Shown: in pieces, positions 18,601 to 28,210 of the stretch
Layout: every line of letters starts with the position of its first letter
How positions within the stretch are numbered: position 1 is the first letter of the stretch
Notes under the pieces: generated by a model
What the model was told of the DNA's origin: nothing
Seen by the model: only the letters and a program-made list of their open reading frames with translations
Databases searched by the model: none
Assembly (NCBI GenBank): GCA_044220955.1
Contig: JBGAQA010000035.1
Span: forward strand, 1-63,886
DNA length: 63,886 bases
Reading direction: 5' to 3'
Source: Sandaracinaceae bacterium
GTDB lineage: Bacteria > Myxococcota_A > Polyangia > Polyangiales > Sandaracinaceae
Made by a program: the position numbers and the translations under genes

Positions 18601-19446
18601 ATGTCCTGCCCCGCGCCGTTCGTGATCCGTGACCTCGTGATCCGCGCGCTCTCGGAGGATCTGGGGCGGGGCGACGTGACGAGCGAGGCGTGCGTGCCTG
18701 CGGATCTCGAGGGTGTCGCCGACCTCGTCGCGCGTCAGCGCCTCGTCGTGTGCGGACTGCCGATCATCGTCCGCACGTTCGCCGAGGTGGACCCGCGCGT
18801 CACGGTGGAGCTCCGAGGCGGCGACGGTGATCTCCTCGAGCGCGGCGCCCTCGTCGCGCGCGTGAGCGGCCCCGCGCGCTCGATCCTGATGGGCGAGCGT
18901 GTCGCGTTGAACTTCGCGCAGCGCCTCTCGGGCATCGCCACCAAGACGCGCGCCTTCGTCGACGCCCTTCCACCCGGCAGCAAGACGCGCATCACCGACA
19001 CACGCAAGACCACCCCGGGCCTGCGTTCCGTGGAGCGCTGGGCCGTGCGCTGCGGCGGCGGGCACAACCACCGCGACGACCTCTCCTCGGCGGTGCTCAT
19101 CAAGGACAACCACATCGCGGCGTGCGGCGGCGTGCGCACGGCCATCGAGCGGGCGCGCGCCCACGCGCCCCACACCTCGCGCATCGAGTGCGAGGTCGAC
19201 CGCATCGCGCAGCTGCACGAGGCGCTCGACGCGCGCGCTGACGTGGTGCTCCTCGACAACTTCGACGACGACATGCTGAGGGAGGCCGTCGCCATCGCGA
19301 AGGGCCGTGCGCTCCTCGAGGTCTCCGGCGGCGTGACGCTGGAGCGCATCCCGAAGATCGCCGCGGCGGGCGTGGACGTCATCAGCGCGGGTGGGCTCAC
19401 GCACTCGGCGCCTGCCGCCGATCTCGCGCTCGACTGGGTGAGCTGA
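18601..19446 (+). CDS. nadC: Nicotinate-nucleotide pyrophosphorylase (quinolinate phosphoribosyltransferase)
   Basis: EDLGRGDVT, ERVALN, DTRKTTPGLR, NHR, LIKDNH, LLDNF, EVSGG. Confidence 0.97.
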   Translation: MSCPAPFVIRDLVIRALSEDLGRGDVTSEACVPADLEGVADLVARQRLVVCGLPIIVRTFAEVDPRVTVELRGGDGDLLERGALVARVSGPARSILMGERVALNFAQRLSGIATKTRAFVDALPPGSKTRITDTRKTTPGLRSVERWAVRCGGGHNHRDDLSSAVLIKDNHIAACGGVRTAIERARAHAPHTSRIECEVDRIAQLHEALDARADVVLLDNFDDDMLREAVAIAKGRALLEVSGGVTLERIPKIAAAGVDVISAGGLTHSAPAADLALDWVS

Positions 19447-19457
19447 TCTCCGTTCGG

Positions 19458-19733
19458 TCACTCGTGCACGGGCGCGAGCTGCCCGATGCGCCCCGCGAGG
19501 TCGGCGCGCTGCTTCTCGCTGACGAAGAGCATCGCGTGGCCGCACGAGAGGCAGATCCGGGCGCGGTCGAGCGTGTAGCGGGCCGCTCGCTCCGCGAAGA
19601 AGCCCTCGCCGGGCTCCTTGAGGGCGAAGTGGACGCGCGAGAAGCCCTCGCTCGGATCGAACTTCGTGAGCTCGGAGAGCTCGAGGCTGTGGCAGCAGGG
19701 GCAGCGCGGGGTCTCGTCGGCGGTGCGGTACAT
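19458..19733 (-). CDS. Small zinc-ribbon-like hypothetical protein
   Basis: CPCC...CLSCGH pairs in 91 aa; host-like codon usage; follows oleD. Confidence 0.6.
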   Translation of the reverse strand: MYRTADETPRCPCCHSLELSELTKFDPSEGFSRVHFALKEPGEGFFAERAARYTLDRARICLSCGHAMLFVSEKQRADLAGRIGQLAPVHE

Positions 19734-19764
19734 GCCGGCATCACGCCGCGCCGCAGCGCCCCCG

Positions 19765-20781
19765 TCAAGCCCGGGCGGACGCGGCCAGGCGCCGGAGCCC
19801 CTCGGCCGTCGTGACGGGCACGACGTAGCCGAGATCACGCCTGGCGGCCGCGAGGTCGAACCAGTGCGAGGTGCCGAGCTGCTCTGCGACGAAGCGCGTG
19901 AGCGGCGGCTCCTTCTGCGCGCGGGCGATCCGGTAGCCCGACTCGATCAGCGCGCCCGCGAGCTTGGCCACGGGCAGCGGGATCGAGCGCGCGCGCGGCG
20001 GCAGCCCGTACGCCTCCACGATGCCGAGCACCAGCGCGCGCATCGTCGTCGGCTCGCCTTGCGCGATGAAGTAGGGCCTGCCCGCGCACGCCGCGTCGGG
20101 CGCGAGCCGGTCGAGCGCGCACAGATGCGCATGCACGCACGAGTCGATGTAGGTCGCATCGATCGTGCTCGCGCCGCCGTCCACGAGCGCGAGGCGTCCG
20201 GCGCGCGCGCGCTCCACGATGCGCGGCACGAGGTTCGTGTCGCCGGGTCCCCAGACGAGGTGGGGACGCAGCGCGCACGTGGCGAGGATCTCGCCGTTCG
20301 GCAGCGTCGCGCCGCTCGCGCCGAGGACGGCACGCTCCGCGATCGCTTTCGACTCGGGATAGGGGGTCGAGAAGTGCGTGGCGTAGGGCGCCGACTCGTC
20401 CAGCCCCGCGACATCGCCGCCCGCGTGCACGACGCTCGGGGTGCTCGTGTAGACGATGCGCGCGATGCCGAGCGCCCGTGCGGCCGCGAGGACGTTGCTG
20501 GTGCCCCCGACGTTCGTCGCCAGGTACTCCGCACGCGGCCCCCACACGCCCGCCTTCGCGCCGACGTGCAGGATCGCGCGCGCCCCTTCGGCGGCGCGCA
20601 GGACGGCGCCGCGGTCCGCGAGGTCGCCGCGCGTCACGGTGACCTTCCCCCCGGCGGCGAGGGCCTCCAGGGTGGCGTTGGTCGTGCGGCTCAGCGTCCG
20701 GACGTGCTCGCCCCGCGCGACGAGCGCCCGGGTGAGCGCCAGGCCGACGAAGCCCGAGGCCCCCGTGACCAGCACCGTCAT
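19765..20781 (-). CDS. oleD: 2-alkyl-3-oxoalkanoate reductase (extended SDR)
   Basis: VLVTGASGFVG, AKAGVWG, YTSTPSVV, YPESK, LRPHLVWGPGD; position in the ole operon. Confidence 0.88.
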   Translation of the reverse strand: MTVLVTGASGFVGLALTRALVARGEHVRTLSRTTNATLEALAAGGKVTVTRGDLADRGAVLRAAEGARAILHVGAKAGVWGPRAEYLATNVGGTSNVLAAARALGIARIVYTSTPSVVHAGGDVAGLDESAPYATHFSTPYPESKAIAERAVLGASGATLPNGEILATCALRPHLVWGPGDTNLVPRIVERARAGRLALVDGGASTIDATYIDSCVHAHLCALDRLAPDAACAGRPYFIAQGEPTTMRALVLGIVEAYGLPPRARSIPLPVAKLAGALIESGYRIARAQKEPPLTRFVAEQLGTSHWFDLAAARRDLGYVVPVTTAEGLRRLAASARA

Positions 20782-22547
20782 CGGCGCCGCCCCACCGCGG
20801 CGACCTCGCGGGCGAGCACCTCGCGCAGGATCTTGGCGTTGTGCCGCGGGTCCACCGGAAGGCTGCGGCGCACGACGATCTGCATCGGGGGCAGGCCATG
20901 CCGCTCGCGGATGCGCTCGAGCGCGTGCGCGAGCGACGACGTCGGCACGCCGTAGCGGCCCGCCGGCACCGACTCGCGGCGCCAGATCTCGTCGTCGATC
21001 GGCTCCACGAGGAGAAAGAGGACCTCCTCGTCCGGAAGACCGAGACCGACGTGCTTGCCCTTCACCAGCGCGCAGCGCGACACGTGTGGATGCGCGTTGA
21101 AGGGCCCCTCCACCATCTCGGTGAAGAGCGTCTGCCCCTTCCACTCGACGCGGTGCGACTTCCGCCCGCAGAACCAGAGTCGGCCGACCTCGTCGAAGTA
21201 CCCGACGTCGCCCACGCGATGCCGCACGGCGGCACCGTCCGTCATCTTGTGCGCCGCGGTGCTCCGCTCGTCGTTCCAGTAGTGCGTCGTGACCTGCGGG
21301 CCGCGCACCGTGATCTCGCCCACGACGCCGCGACCGACGCGCAGGCCCGGCTCGAACGCCGTGATCGGCTCGTCGCGGATGTGGATGACGGCGACGTCCG
21401 CGCTCGGCACCGGCGTGCCCACGCAGATGCCCTTCCCCTCGTCGGTGCCCCGACGCGTGCCGGACTGCGCGTCGCTCGCCGCCTCGATGCCGCGGCCGAG
21501 GATCGTGCGGTCGTCGATGGTCGCGATCGGGAGCGACTCGGTCGCGCCGTAGGGCGTGTGGATGCGCGCCTCGTCGGGCAAGAGCTTGCGGAAGCGCTCC
21601 AGGATGCGCGGGTGCACGGGCGCCCCGGCGCTGATCACGCGCCTGAGCGTGCCGAAGCGCACCGCCTTGCCCTCGCTCCAGCGTGCGACGCGATCCAGCA
21701 CCGCCGGAGAGCCGAACATGTTCGTGACGCCCCAGTCGGCGATCGCCTCGGCGATGTTCGCGCCGTCCACGGTCGCGGGCTTCGCGAAGTCCATCTCCGG
21801 CAGCACCGTCGTCATGCCGAGGGCGGGGTCGAAGAGCGCGAAGAGCGGGAACGTGGGCAGGTCGATCTCGCCCGGCGCGATGCCGTACATCGTCCGGATG
21901 GCCTCGACCTGCGCGAGGAAGTTCCCGTGGCGGTACACCGCGCCCTTCGCGATCCCCGTGGACCCGCTCGTGAACAGGATCGCCGCGACGTCGTCGGTGC
22001 GCACGCGCTCGATCTGGGCTCGCGCGATCGCACCGCGCTTCTCGATCGAGTCGAGGGTGTGCATCCGCGGACCGAAGAACGTCGCGAGCGGACGCGGGCC
22101 GACCAGGACGTTCGTCTTCACCGTCGCGCGCGCCCAGCCCATGGCGACGCGCGCCACGTGCGCCTCCGGCACGCCGATGAACGCCTCGGGCTGCGCACGC
22201 CCGAGGCAGGCGCCGAGGTTCCTCGCGCCCATCCCCGGATCGACCATCACCGGCACGGCGCCGACCTTGAAGAGCGCGAAGGTCAGCGCGAAGAACGGCA
22301 GGCTCGGCCGAACCATCAGCACCGCGCGCGTGCCCTTCACGATGCCGATCTGCCGGAGGCCCTCGGCCATCGCGTTCGAGCGCTCCTCGAGCTGGCCGAA
22401 CGTGACGTGCTCGTAGCGGCGCTTGGCCCCCTTCACGCGCGGGCCGGGCATGACGACGGCGAGCGCGTGCGGGCGCTGGCCCGCCATGCGCGGCAGGTGC
22501 TCCGCGACGTTGGCGAACGTCTCGGTCGTCGAGCGATACGCGCTCAT
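20778..22547 (-). CDS. oleC: Olefin beta-lactone synthetase (AMP-dependent ligase)
   Basis: DPGMG, AILFTSGSTGIAKG, DLPTFPLFALF, TPYGATESLP, GD.GY.D...LWFCGRKSHRV, PVDPRHNAKI. Confidence 0.9.
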   Translation of the reverse strand: MSAYRSTTETFANVAEHLPRMAGQRPHALAVVMPGPRVKGAKRRYEHVTFGQLEERSNAMAEGLRQIGIVKGTRAVLMVRPSLPFFALTFALFKVGAVPVMVDPGMGARNLGACLGRAQPEAFIGVPEAHVARVAMGWARATVKTNVLVGPRPLATFFGPRMHTLDSIEKRGAIARAQIERVRTDDVAAILFTSGSTGIAKGAVYRHGNFLAQVEAIRTMYGIAPGEIDLPTFPLFALFDPALGMTTVLPEMDFAKPATVDGANIAEAIADWGVTNMFGSPAVLDRVARWSEGKAVRFGTLRRVISAGAPVHPRILERFRKLLPDEARIHTPYGATESLPIATIDDRTILGRGIEAASDAQSGTRRGTDEGKGICVGTPVPSADVAVIHIRDEPITAFEPGLRVGRGVVGEITVRGPQVTTHYWNDERSTAAHKMTDGAAVRHRVGDVGYFDEVGRLWFCGRKSHRVEWKGQTLFTEMVEGPFNAHPHVSRCALVKGKHVGLGLPDEEVLFLLVEPIDDEIWRRESVPAGRYGVPTSSLAHALERIRERHGLPPMQIVVRRSLPVDPRHNAKILREVLAREVAAVGRRR

Positions 22548-23440
22548 CGCCCGGCGTGTGCCCGGACGAACGCGGCGATCTCGGGCACCAGGACGGCCCT
22601 CTCGTCCTCGAGGACGTAGTGCCCCGCGTCGGGGAAGCGCCGCACCCTCGCCCTCGGAAAACGCCGCACCCACTCGTCGAGGAAGTGCGCGTCGAAGACG
22701 AAGTCCCTCATGCCCCAGCCGATCAGCATGGGGGCAGCCTCCAGATCCGGCAGGAGCGACGCGGTCTCGGCGACGATGGACCAGGCGCGGTCGGACGGCG
22801 AGAGCGGGATGTCCTGCACGAAGCGCAGCGTCGCGACCCGATCGGACCAGGACCCATAGGGCGCCAGATACGCCGCGCGCACGTCGGGCGCGAGCGGGGT
22901 CTTCGTCACGCACAAGCGCGACGCCGTCCACGCGAACGCGTTGCCGCCGCGCACGAGCAGCGAGCCGAGCGGCGTGCGCGTGAGCGCGAGGGCCGGCGGG
23001 AACTTCTTGGTGGCCGGGAGCGGAAACGCCGCCGTGTTCAGGACCGTGAGCGACGCGATGCGCGCGGCGTGCTTGGCGGCCCAGGCGAAGCCGATCATGC
23101 CGCCCCAGTCGTGGACGACGATGTGAATCTTCCGGGACGGCTCCAGCCTCTCGATCAGCGCACCGAGATCCAGGACGCGCGAGCCGAGCGTGTAGTCGTA
23201 GCGATCGTCGCGCGGCTTGTCGGAGAGCCCGCAGCCGATGTGGTCGGGCGCGATGACGCGCCAGCGGTCGGAGAGCCCGCGCACGAGCGCCCGCCAGTAG
23301 AACGACCACGTCGGGTTGCCGTGCACCATGACGACGGGCTCCCCGTCCGGCGGCCCCACGTCGAGGTAGTGCATGCGCGCGCCCCCCCGATCGAAGAAGC
23401 GCCCGGTCCAGGGGTAGAGCGCCGGCGAGACCCCGTTCAT
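22544..23440 (-). CDS. oleB: Beta-lactone decarboxylase (haloalkane dehalogenase-like alpha/beta hydrolase)
   Basis: HGNPTWSFY, PDHIGCGLSDKP, VHDWGGMIG, FVQDIP, AGHYVLED. Confidence 0.9.
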   Translation of the reverse strand: MNGVSPALYPWTGRFFDRGGARMHYLDVGPPDGEPVVMVHGNPTWSFYWRALVRGLSDRWRVIAPDHIGCGLSDKPRDDRYDYTLGSRVLDLGALIERLEPSRKIHIVVHDWGGMIGFAWAAKHAARIASLTVLNTAAFPLPATKKFPPALALTRTPLGSLLVRGGNAFAWTASRLCVTKTPLAPDVRAAYLAPYGSWSDRVATLRFVQDIPLSPSDRAWSIVAETASLLPDLEAAPMLIGWGMRDFVFDAHFLDEWVRRFPRARVRRFPDAGHYVLEDERAVLVPEIAAFVRAHAGR

Positions 23441-23450
23441 CGGCGACCCG

Positions 23451-24467
23451 TCACCAGACGATCTCCGCCATGGCGCAGTTCAGGCCCGAGCCGATTCCCA
23501 TCAGGGCCACGCGGTCACCGCGCGAGAGGCGCCCGGCCTGGTCGGCCTTGGCGAGCACCATCGGCACCGACGCCGGGCCGACGTTACCGTGCTCGGGATA
23601 GATCGCGTGGATCTTCGACAGGTCGATCCCGAGCGCGCTCGCGAGCCGCTCGGTGTGCTGGCGTGAGACCTGGTGGATGACCACCTCGGCGAGCCCGGCG
23701 GGCGTCCAGCCGAAGACCTCGCAGGCGCGCGCGAACGTACGCTGCGCGAGGTCGACGCCCGCCACCAGGAGCTTCTGCCCGTCGGTGATCATGCCATCCA
23801 GCTGCCCGCGGCAGAGCTGGTTGTGCTCGGTCGCCGCGAGCGAGACGCTTCCGCGGTACGCGTGGCCCGCTGGACCCACGAGGTCGCTCCGGCCGAGCAC
23901 CATCGCCGCCGCGCCCGAGCCGAGCGTGAGCGTGGCGAAATTGTCGGCGAACGCGCGCACGTCGCCGCTCGCGTTGAGGCGGTCGATCGTGGCCTGGACG
24001 GCGTAGCGACTGCCCTCGCCGTCGACGACGAGGCCGTACTCGATCTCGCCGCGCTCGATCATCTGCGCGACGAGGTCCATCCCGTTCACGAAGCCGAGGC
24101 AGGCGTTGCCGAGGTCGAAATTCACGCACTCGGTCGAGAGGCCGAGCGTGCGGTGCACGAGGGACGCGACCGAGGGCTCGATGAAGTCGCGACACACGGA
24201 GGTGCTGATGAGCACGCCGATCTTCTCGCGAGGGACGCCCGCCAGGCGCAGCGCCTCTTCACCCGCGCGCGCCGCCACGTCGCTCGGCACGACCCCCTCG
24301 TCCCAGAACCGCCGCTCGCTGATGCCGCTCAGCGAGGCGATCACCCCCCTGGGCATCGAGAGCCGCCGGAACAGCGGCGCGAGGCTCTCCTCGAGCGCCG
24401 AGGACGGCACCCGATGCGGGGCTTCGAGCGCTGCGACGCTCACGATCGAGACACGGGAGAAGGGCAT
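23451..24467 (-). CDS. oleA: Acyl-CoA:acyl-CoA alkyltransferase (thiolase-fold condensing enzyme)
   Basis: SVCRDFIEPS, NACLGF, LTLGSGAAA, HQVS, GNVGPAS, GIGSGLNC. Confidence 0.92.
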   Translation of the reverse strand: MPFSRVSIVSVAALEAPHRVPSSALEESLAPLFRRLSMPRGVIASLSGISERRFWDEGVVPSDVAARAGEEALRLAGVPREKIGVLISTSVCRDFIEPSVASLVHRTLGLSTECVNFDLGNACLGFVNGMDLVAQMIERGEIEYGLVVDGEGSRYAVQATIDRLNASGDVRAFADNFATLTLGSGAAAMVLGRSDLVGPAGHAYRGSVSLAATEHNQLCRGQLDGMITDGQKLLVAGVDLAQRTFARACEVFGWTPAGLAEVVIHQVSRQHTERLASALGIDLSKIHAIYPEHGNVGPASVPMVLAKADQAGRLSRGDRVALMGIGSGLNCAMAEIVW

Positions 24468-24600
24468 GAGGGCGGGTCCTATAGCGCACCTCTCGAGGAT
24501 CCGGCAGCGCCGTCGGCGCACACCCTGCGATCTGTAGGGTGAGATCGCACCATCGCTCGGTTTTTTGGAGGGATCCACGCGCAGACGTAGGGTCCGCCGC

Positions 24601-25317
24601 ATGCAACGTCCGAACGTCCTCGAGCCGCTCCCCAGAGACATCGCGGGTACACCGCTCACCATCGTGCTCGCCGAGAGCGACGCGATCGCGCGCGCGGCGA
24701 CCGGCGGCGAGGGGACGAGCATCCCGCTGCTGCCCCCGTTCCACGTGAGCGACGCGGACTGCTACCTCGTGCTGCCCGAGGACATCGGCAGCGAGCTCGC
24801 CGCGATGTTCGAGGACGGCGACCTCGATCTGCTCGCCGAGGCCATGCGTGACGGCCTCGTCGTCGTCGGCGAGGTGGAGAAAGAGGGGCGCGGAAAGGTC
24901 GCGCTGCGCGTCGAGCAGTGCGCGCCCCCCGAGCGGCTCCTCGAGCGCATGCCCTACGCGCACAGGACCGAGATCGGCGCGGGCACCGATCCCATCGTCG
25001 AGCTGAACGACCTCGACGAAGCGCAGGTCACCGTCGCGAGCGAGATGATCGACGAGGCCGGGCTCGAGAAGATGCTGAGGGTCTGCGCGAGCAAGGGCGA
25101 GCACGCGGGCGCGAGCTGGCGGGCGCCGAAGGATCGCAAGGACCTCGCGGGCGTCGATCCGACCTACGCGTGGAGCAAGCGCCTCGAAGACGGCATCGGC
25201 ATCGAGGCCGTGCTCTTCAGCGAGTACGAGGAGCTCGTGATGCTGCTCCGGCCCGCGATGCTCGTCGCGGCCGACGCTCCCGCGACCCGCCCCCGCTCGC
25301 TCCACGCGGTGGGTTGA
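24601..25317 (+). CDS. Hypothetical acidic cytoplasmic protein
   Basis: Host-like codon usage; no recognised motif. Confidence 0.7.
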   Translation: MQRPNVLEPLPRDIAGTPLTIVLAESDAIARAATGGEGTSIPLLPPFHVSDADCYLVLPEDIGSELAAMFEDGDLDLLAEAMRDGLVVVGEVEKEGRGKVALRVEQCAPPERLLERMPYAHRTEIGAGTDPIVELNDLDEAQVTVASEMIDEAGLEKMLRVCASKGEHAGASWRAPKDRKDLAGVDPTYAWSKRLEDGIGIEAVLFSEYEELVMLLRPAMLVAADAPATRPRSLHAVG

Positions 25318-25332
25318 CTCCGCCGCGCTCGC

Positions 25333-26352
25333 TCACCGCCTCGGGCGCTTTGCGACGACGCAGATCTCCGAGCGGTTCGAGGGAAGACGCGTCGCGATGG
25401 TGTCCCCCCAGCCGAGCGCCTCGAGGCGCGCGAGGTGCTTCGGGATGGCGGCGAACATCTTGTCGTCGTTGATCTTGAGCGTCAGCACCGCCGCGCGCGC
25501 TCCCTCCGCGAGCGACGCGACGCGCGCGAAGTAGCGCAGCGCGACCGGAGGCGCGAGGTTGGCGTCCATCAGGAGCAGCTCGGCGTCGGCCGGGACGTCC
25601 TCGGCCGCGACCGCCGCGCCCGCCTTCATCACGTGCCGGACGCGAGCGCCGCCGGGCCCCTCGAACGCGAGCACGCCGGGATCCATCGCGGCCGGGTCGA
25701 TCGCCACGACGTGCACGCCGCGCCGCGCGAGGGCGAGCGCCGCCCCGCCCGGCGCGGCGCCGAGCTCCACGGCCGTCGCGCCCGCTCGGACGCTCAGGCC
25801 GCTCCACGCGAGCGCCTCCTCGAGCTTGGCGAACGCGCGCGAGGGCGCGCCCTCGGGGATCTCGACCTTCACGCGGCCTCCCGGCTGCGCCCAGCGGCCC
25901 CGCCCGTGCACGTGGGCGCCGACGAACATCGGCTCGGTCGCAGCGCAGATCACGTCCACGACGCGCTCGCCGTGCTTGGGCGCGCGGTCCAGCACGAAGC
26001 GCGCTTCCTTCGCGAGCTCGGCCCGCACCTCGAGCGCGAACGCCTCGTCCTGGGGGCTCGGCCCCTCCTCGGTGGTGTCTCGCGCGAAGACGTGGAGCAC
26101 GGACTGCCGCTCGCCCACGAAGCGACGGACGTCGTCGAAGCTCTCGGCCATGCCGAGCGAGACGCCGCGCACGCGCGCGACGACGCTGGCCGAGGCGAAG
26201 CGCTCGTCGATGCCGGACGCCTTGAACGTGACGAGCCCGGGCCGCGAGAACGCGAGGCGCACGCCCTTCTCGATGTGCGAGAGCTCGGTCTTGAGGGCCT
26301 TCTCGGCGCCGACGTTGACCACGGCGAAACCGAAGCGCGCGTCCCCGCCCAT
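25333..26352 (-). CDS. RlmM/FtsJ-like SAM-dependent RNA methyltransferase
   Basis: APSRAFAKLEEA, ELGAAPGG, VAIDPA, LLMDAN, LTLK. Confidence 0.8.
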   Translation of the reverse strand: MGGDARFGFAVVNVGAEKALKTELSHIEKGVRLAFSRPGLVTFKASGIDERFASASVVARVRGVSLGMAESFDDVRRFVGERQSVLHVFARDTTEEGPSPQDEAFALEVRAELAKEARFVLDRAPKHGERVVDVICAATEPMFVGAHVHGRGRWAQPGGRVKVEIPEGAPSRAFAKLEEALAWSGLSVRAGATAVELGAAPGGAALALARRGVHVVAIDPAAMDPGVLAFEGPGGARVRHVMKAGAAVAAEDVPADAELLLMDANLAPPVALRYFARVASLAEGARAAVLTLKINDDKMFAAIPKHLARLEALGWGDTIATRLPSNRSEICVVAKRPRR

Positions 26353-26417
26353 GCTCGCGGTATACCAGGCCGAGGCTTCGTTGCGGGCCCTGGGCCTTCG
26401 TGCGACGGTGCCGTGCG

Positions 26418-27122
26418 ATGTCCGAGAGCCATCCCGAGCCGCGCACCGCCACTTCCAAGCGCCCACGGGTAGGCCTCGACGGCAGGCGCGCGATCGCCAG
26501 GGTGATCTCGGCGTACGACCAGCCCGTGGTGCGCGCGTATGCGTGGGGCCGCTTCCAGATCTTCCGGCAGCGCTTCCTCGACGAGATCGGCCAGTACCTC
26601 CCCGAGCGCGGCGTCGCGCTCGACGTCGGCTGCGGCTTCGGGCTCTTCGCGCTCTACTACGCGCAGATCCACCCGGATCTGGAGATCCACGGCTTCGACC
26701 TCAGCGAGACGCGCATCAAGATGGCGCAGCGCGCGGCCGAGAAGCTCGGCGTGAGGAACGTGGTGTTCCGCGTCGACGACGCCCGCAAGCTGAAGGCCGA
26801 CGCGCGCTACAGCGGCGCGTACCTGCTCGACATCGTGCACCACGTGCCCGAGGAGACGGTGCCGCCGATGCTCGCGGAGCTGCACCGCGCGCTCGCGCCG
26901 GGCGCGCGCCTGCTCGTCAAGGATCTCGACACGAGCCCCGCGTGGCAGCGCCTCTTCGCGCACGGCCTCGACCTCGCGATGTCGCCGACCTCGCCGGTGC
27001 GCTACTGGCCGACCGACGAGCTCTCGAGCCTCCTCTCGCGGACGGGCTTCGACGTGAAGCAGCACGCGATGGTGGACTACCTCCCCTACCCGCACGTCCT
27101 CTACGTCTGCACACGCGAATAG
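26418..27122 (+). CDS. Class I SAM-dependent methyltransferase
   Basis: LDVGCGFG, GFDLS, DIVHHV, LAPGARL. Confidence 0.88.
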   Translation: MSESHPEPRTATSKRPRVGLDGRRAIARVISAYDQPVVRAYAWGRFQIFRQRFLDEIGQYLPERGVALDVGCGFGLFALYYAQIHPDLEIHGFDLSETRIKMAQRAAEKLGVRNVVFRVDDARKLKADARYSGAYLLDIVHHVPEETVPPMLAELHRALAPGARLLVKDLDTSPAWQRLFAHGLDLAMSPTSPVRYWPTDELSSLLSRTGFDVKQHAMVDYLPYPHVLYVCTRE

Positions 27123-27142
27123 AGTCGTGACAACATGCGGGC

Positions 27143-28084
27143 ATGACCCGCCCGTCGTGGCTCGCGATCCTCGCCCTGCTCGCTCTCGGCGCACCCGCAT
27201 GCACCTCCCGCGGCGCAGCGCGTGAGTCGGGCGCCGCGACGTGCACCAACGGGATCGACGACGACCAGGACGGGCAGGCGGACTGCGCGGACCCCGACTG
27301 CGCTGCGGTCTGCTCGGGCGACGACTCGGGCGTGCTGCCCGGCACCGACGCGAACGTCCCGGACGCCGGGCGCCGCGACGGCGGCGGCGGCGGCTGCTTC
27401 GACCCGATCGACCTCGTCTTCGTGCTCGACGTGAGCACGTCCATGACCGACGAGTTCACCCACCTGCGCGAGGGCATCGCGTCGATCTTCGCGGCCGCCG
27501 ACGCGCTGACGCCCGATCACCGCTTCGGCCTGGTCGTGTTCGTCGACGACGTGCTGGTCGTGAACGGGTGCGCCTCGTTCGACACCGCGGCCGAGCTGCA
27601 GGCGCAGTTCGACACCTGGCGCTCGTTCTGCTCGAGCAACGGGCAGCCCGGGGGATCCGCCGGACAGAACGGCGACTGCGCCGAGAACTCGCTCGACGCG
27701 CTCCACGCGGCCGCGACGATGTGCACCTGGCGGCCCGGCGCGACGCACATCGCCATCCACGTCACCGACGACACCTTCCTCGAGCGCCCGGCGAGCTTCT
27801 TCGGCGGCGTGTCGGTCGATCACACGTACGCCGAGACCTCCGCTGCGCTGGTCGCGGCAGAGATCCGGGTCGGCGCGTTCGCGCAGAGCACGCCTGCCCC
27901 GTGTGGCGCCGGCACCAGCCCGAACACGGCCCAGGGCTTCTTCGTGTCGTTCCACGGCGCGACGCCGCTCCCCGACGCGACGCACGGCCAGGTCTGGGAC
28001 ATCGCGGACGTGCGCAACGGCACGCTCGACATGGCGACCGCCATCAACGAGATGATCGCCGCCGAGCACTGCGCTCCGTTCTGA
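27143..28084 (+). CDS. vWA-domain lipoprotein
   Basis: Lipobox-like APAC; CTNGIDDDQDGQADCADPDC; MIDAS DVSTS; VTDD. Confidence 0.85.
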   Translation: MTRPSWLAILALLALGAPACTSRGAARESGAATCTNGIDDDQDGQADCADPDCAAVCSGDDSGVLPGTDANVPDAGRRDGGGGGCFDPIDLVFVLDVSTSMTDEFTHLREGIASIFAAADALTPDHRFGLVVFVDDVLVVNGCASFDTAAELQAQFDTWRSFCSSNGQPGGSAGQNGDCAENSLDALHAAATMCTWRPGATHIAIHVTDDTFLERPASFFGGVSVDHTYAETSAALVAAEIRVGAFAQSTPAPCGAGTSPNTAQGFFVSFHGATPLPDATHGQVWDIADVRNGTLDMATAINEMIAAEHCAPF

Positions 28085-28210
28085 TCCGCGCTGCGGGGCC
28101 GGGCTCCGCTCGAGGTGTGTCGTCGCGACGCCCCGGAGCTCCGTCGAGTATCATCGCGGCGAGGGGGAAAGGGCCTCCTCGCGTGTCCGACCCGGACGAT
28201 GAGGTGACTC

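Noticed and set aside
20778..23309. Apparent 843-aa OleB-OleC fusion
   Set aside because: The upstream part is an off-frame shadow of oleB. oleC starts at 22547, overlapping the oleB stop (ATGA).
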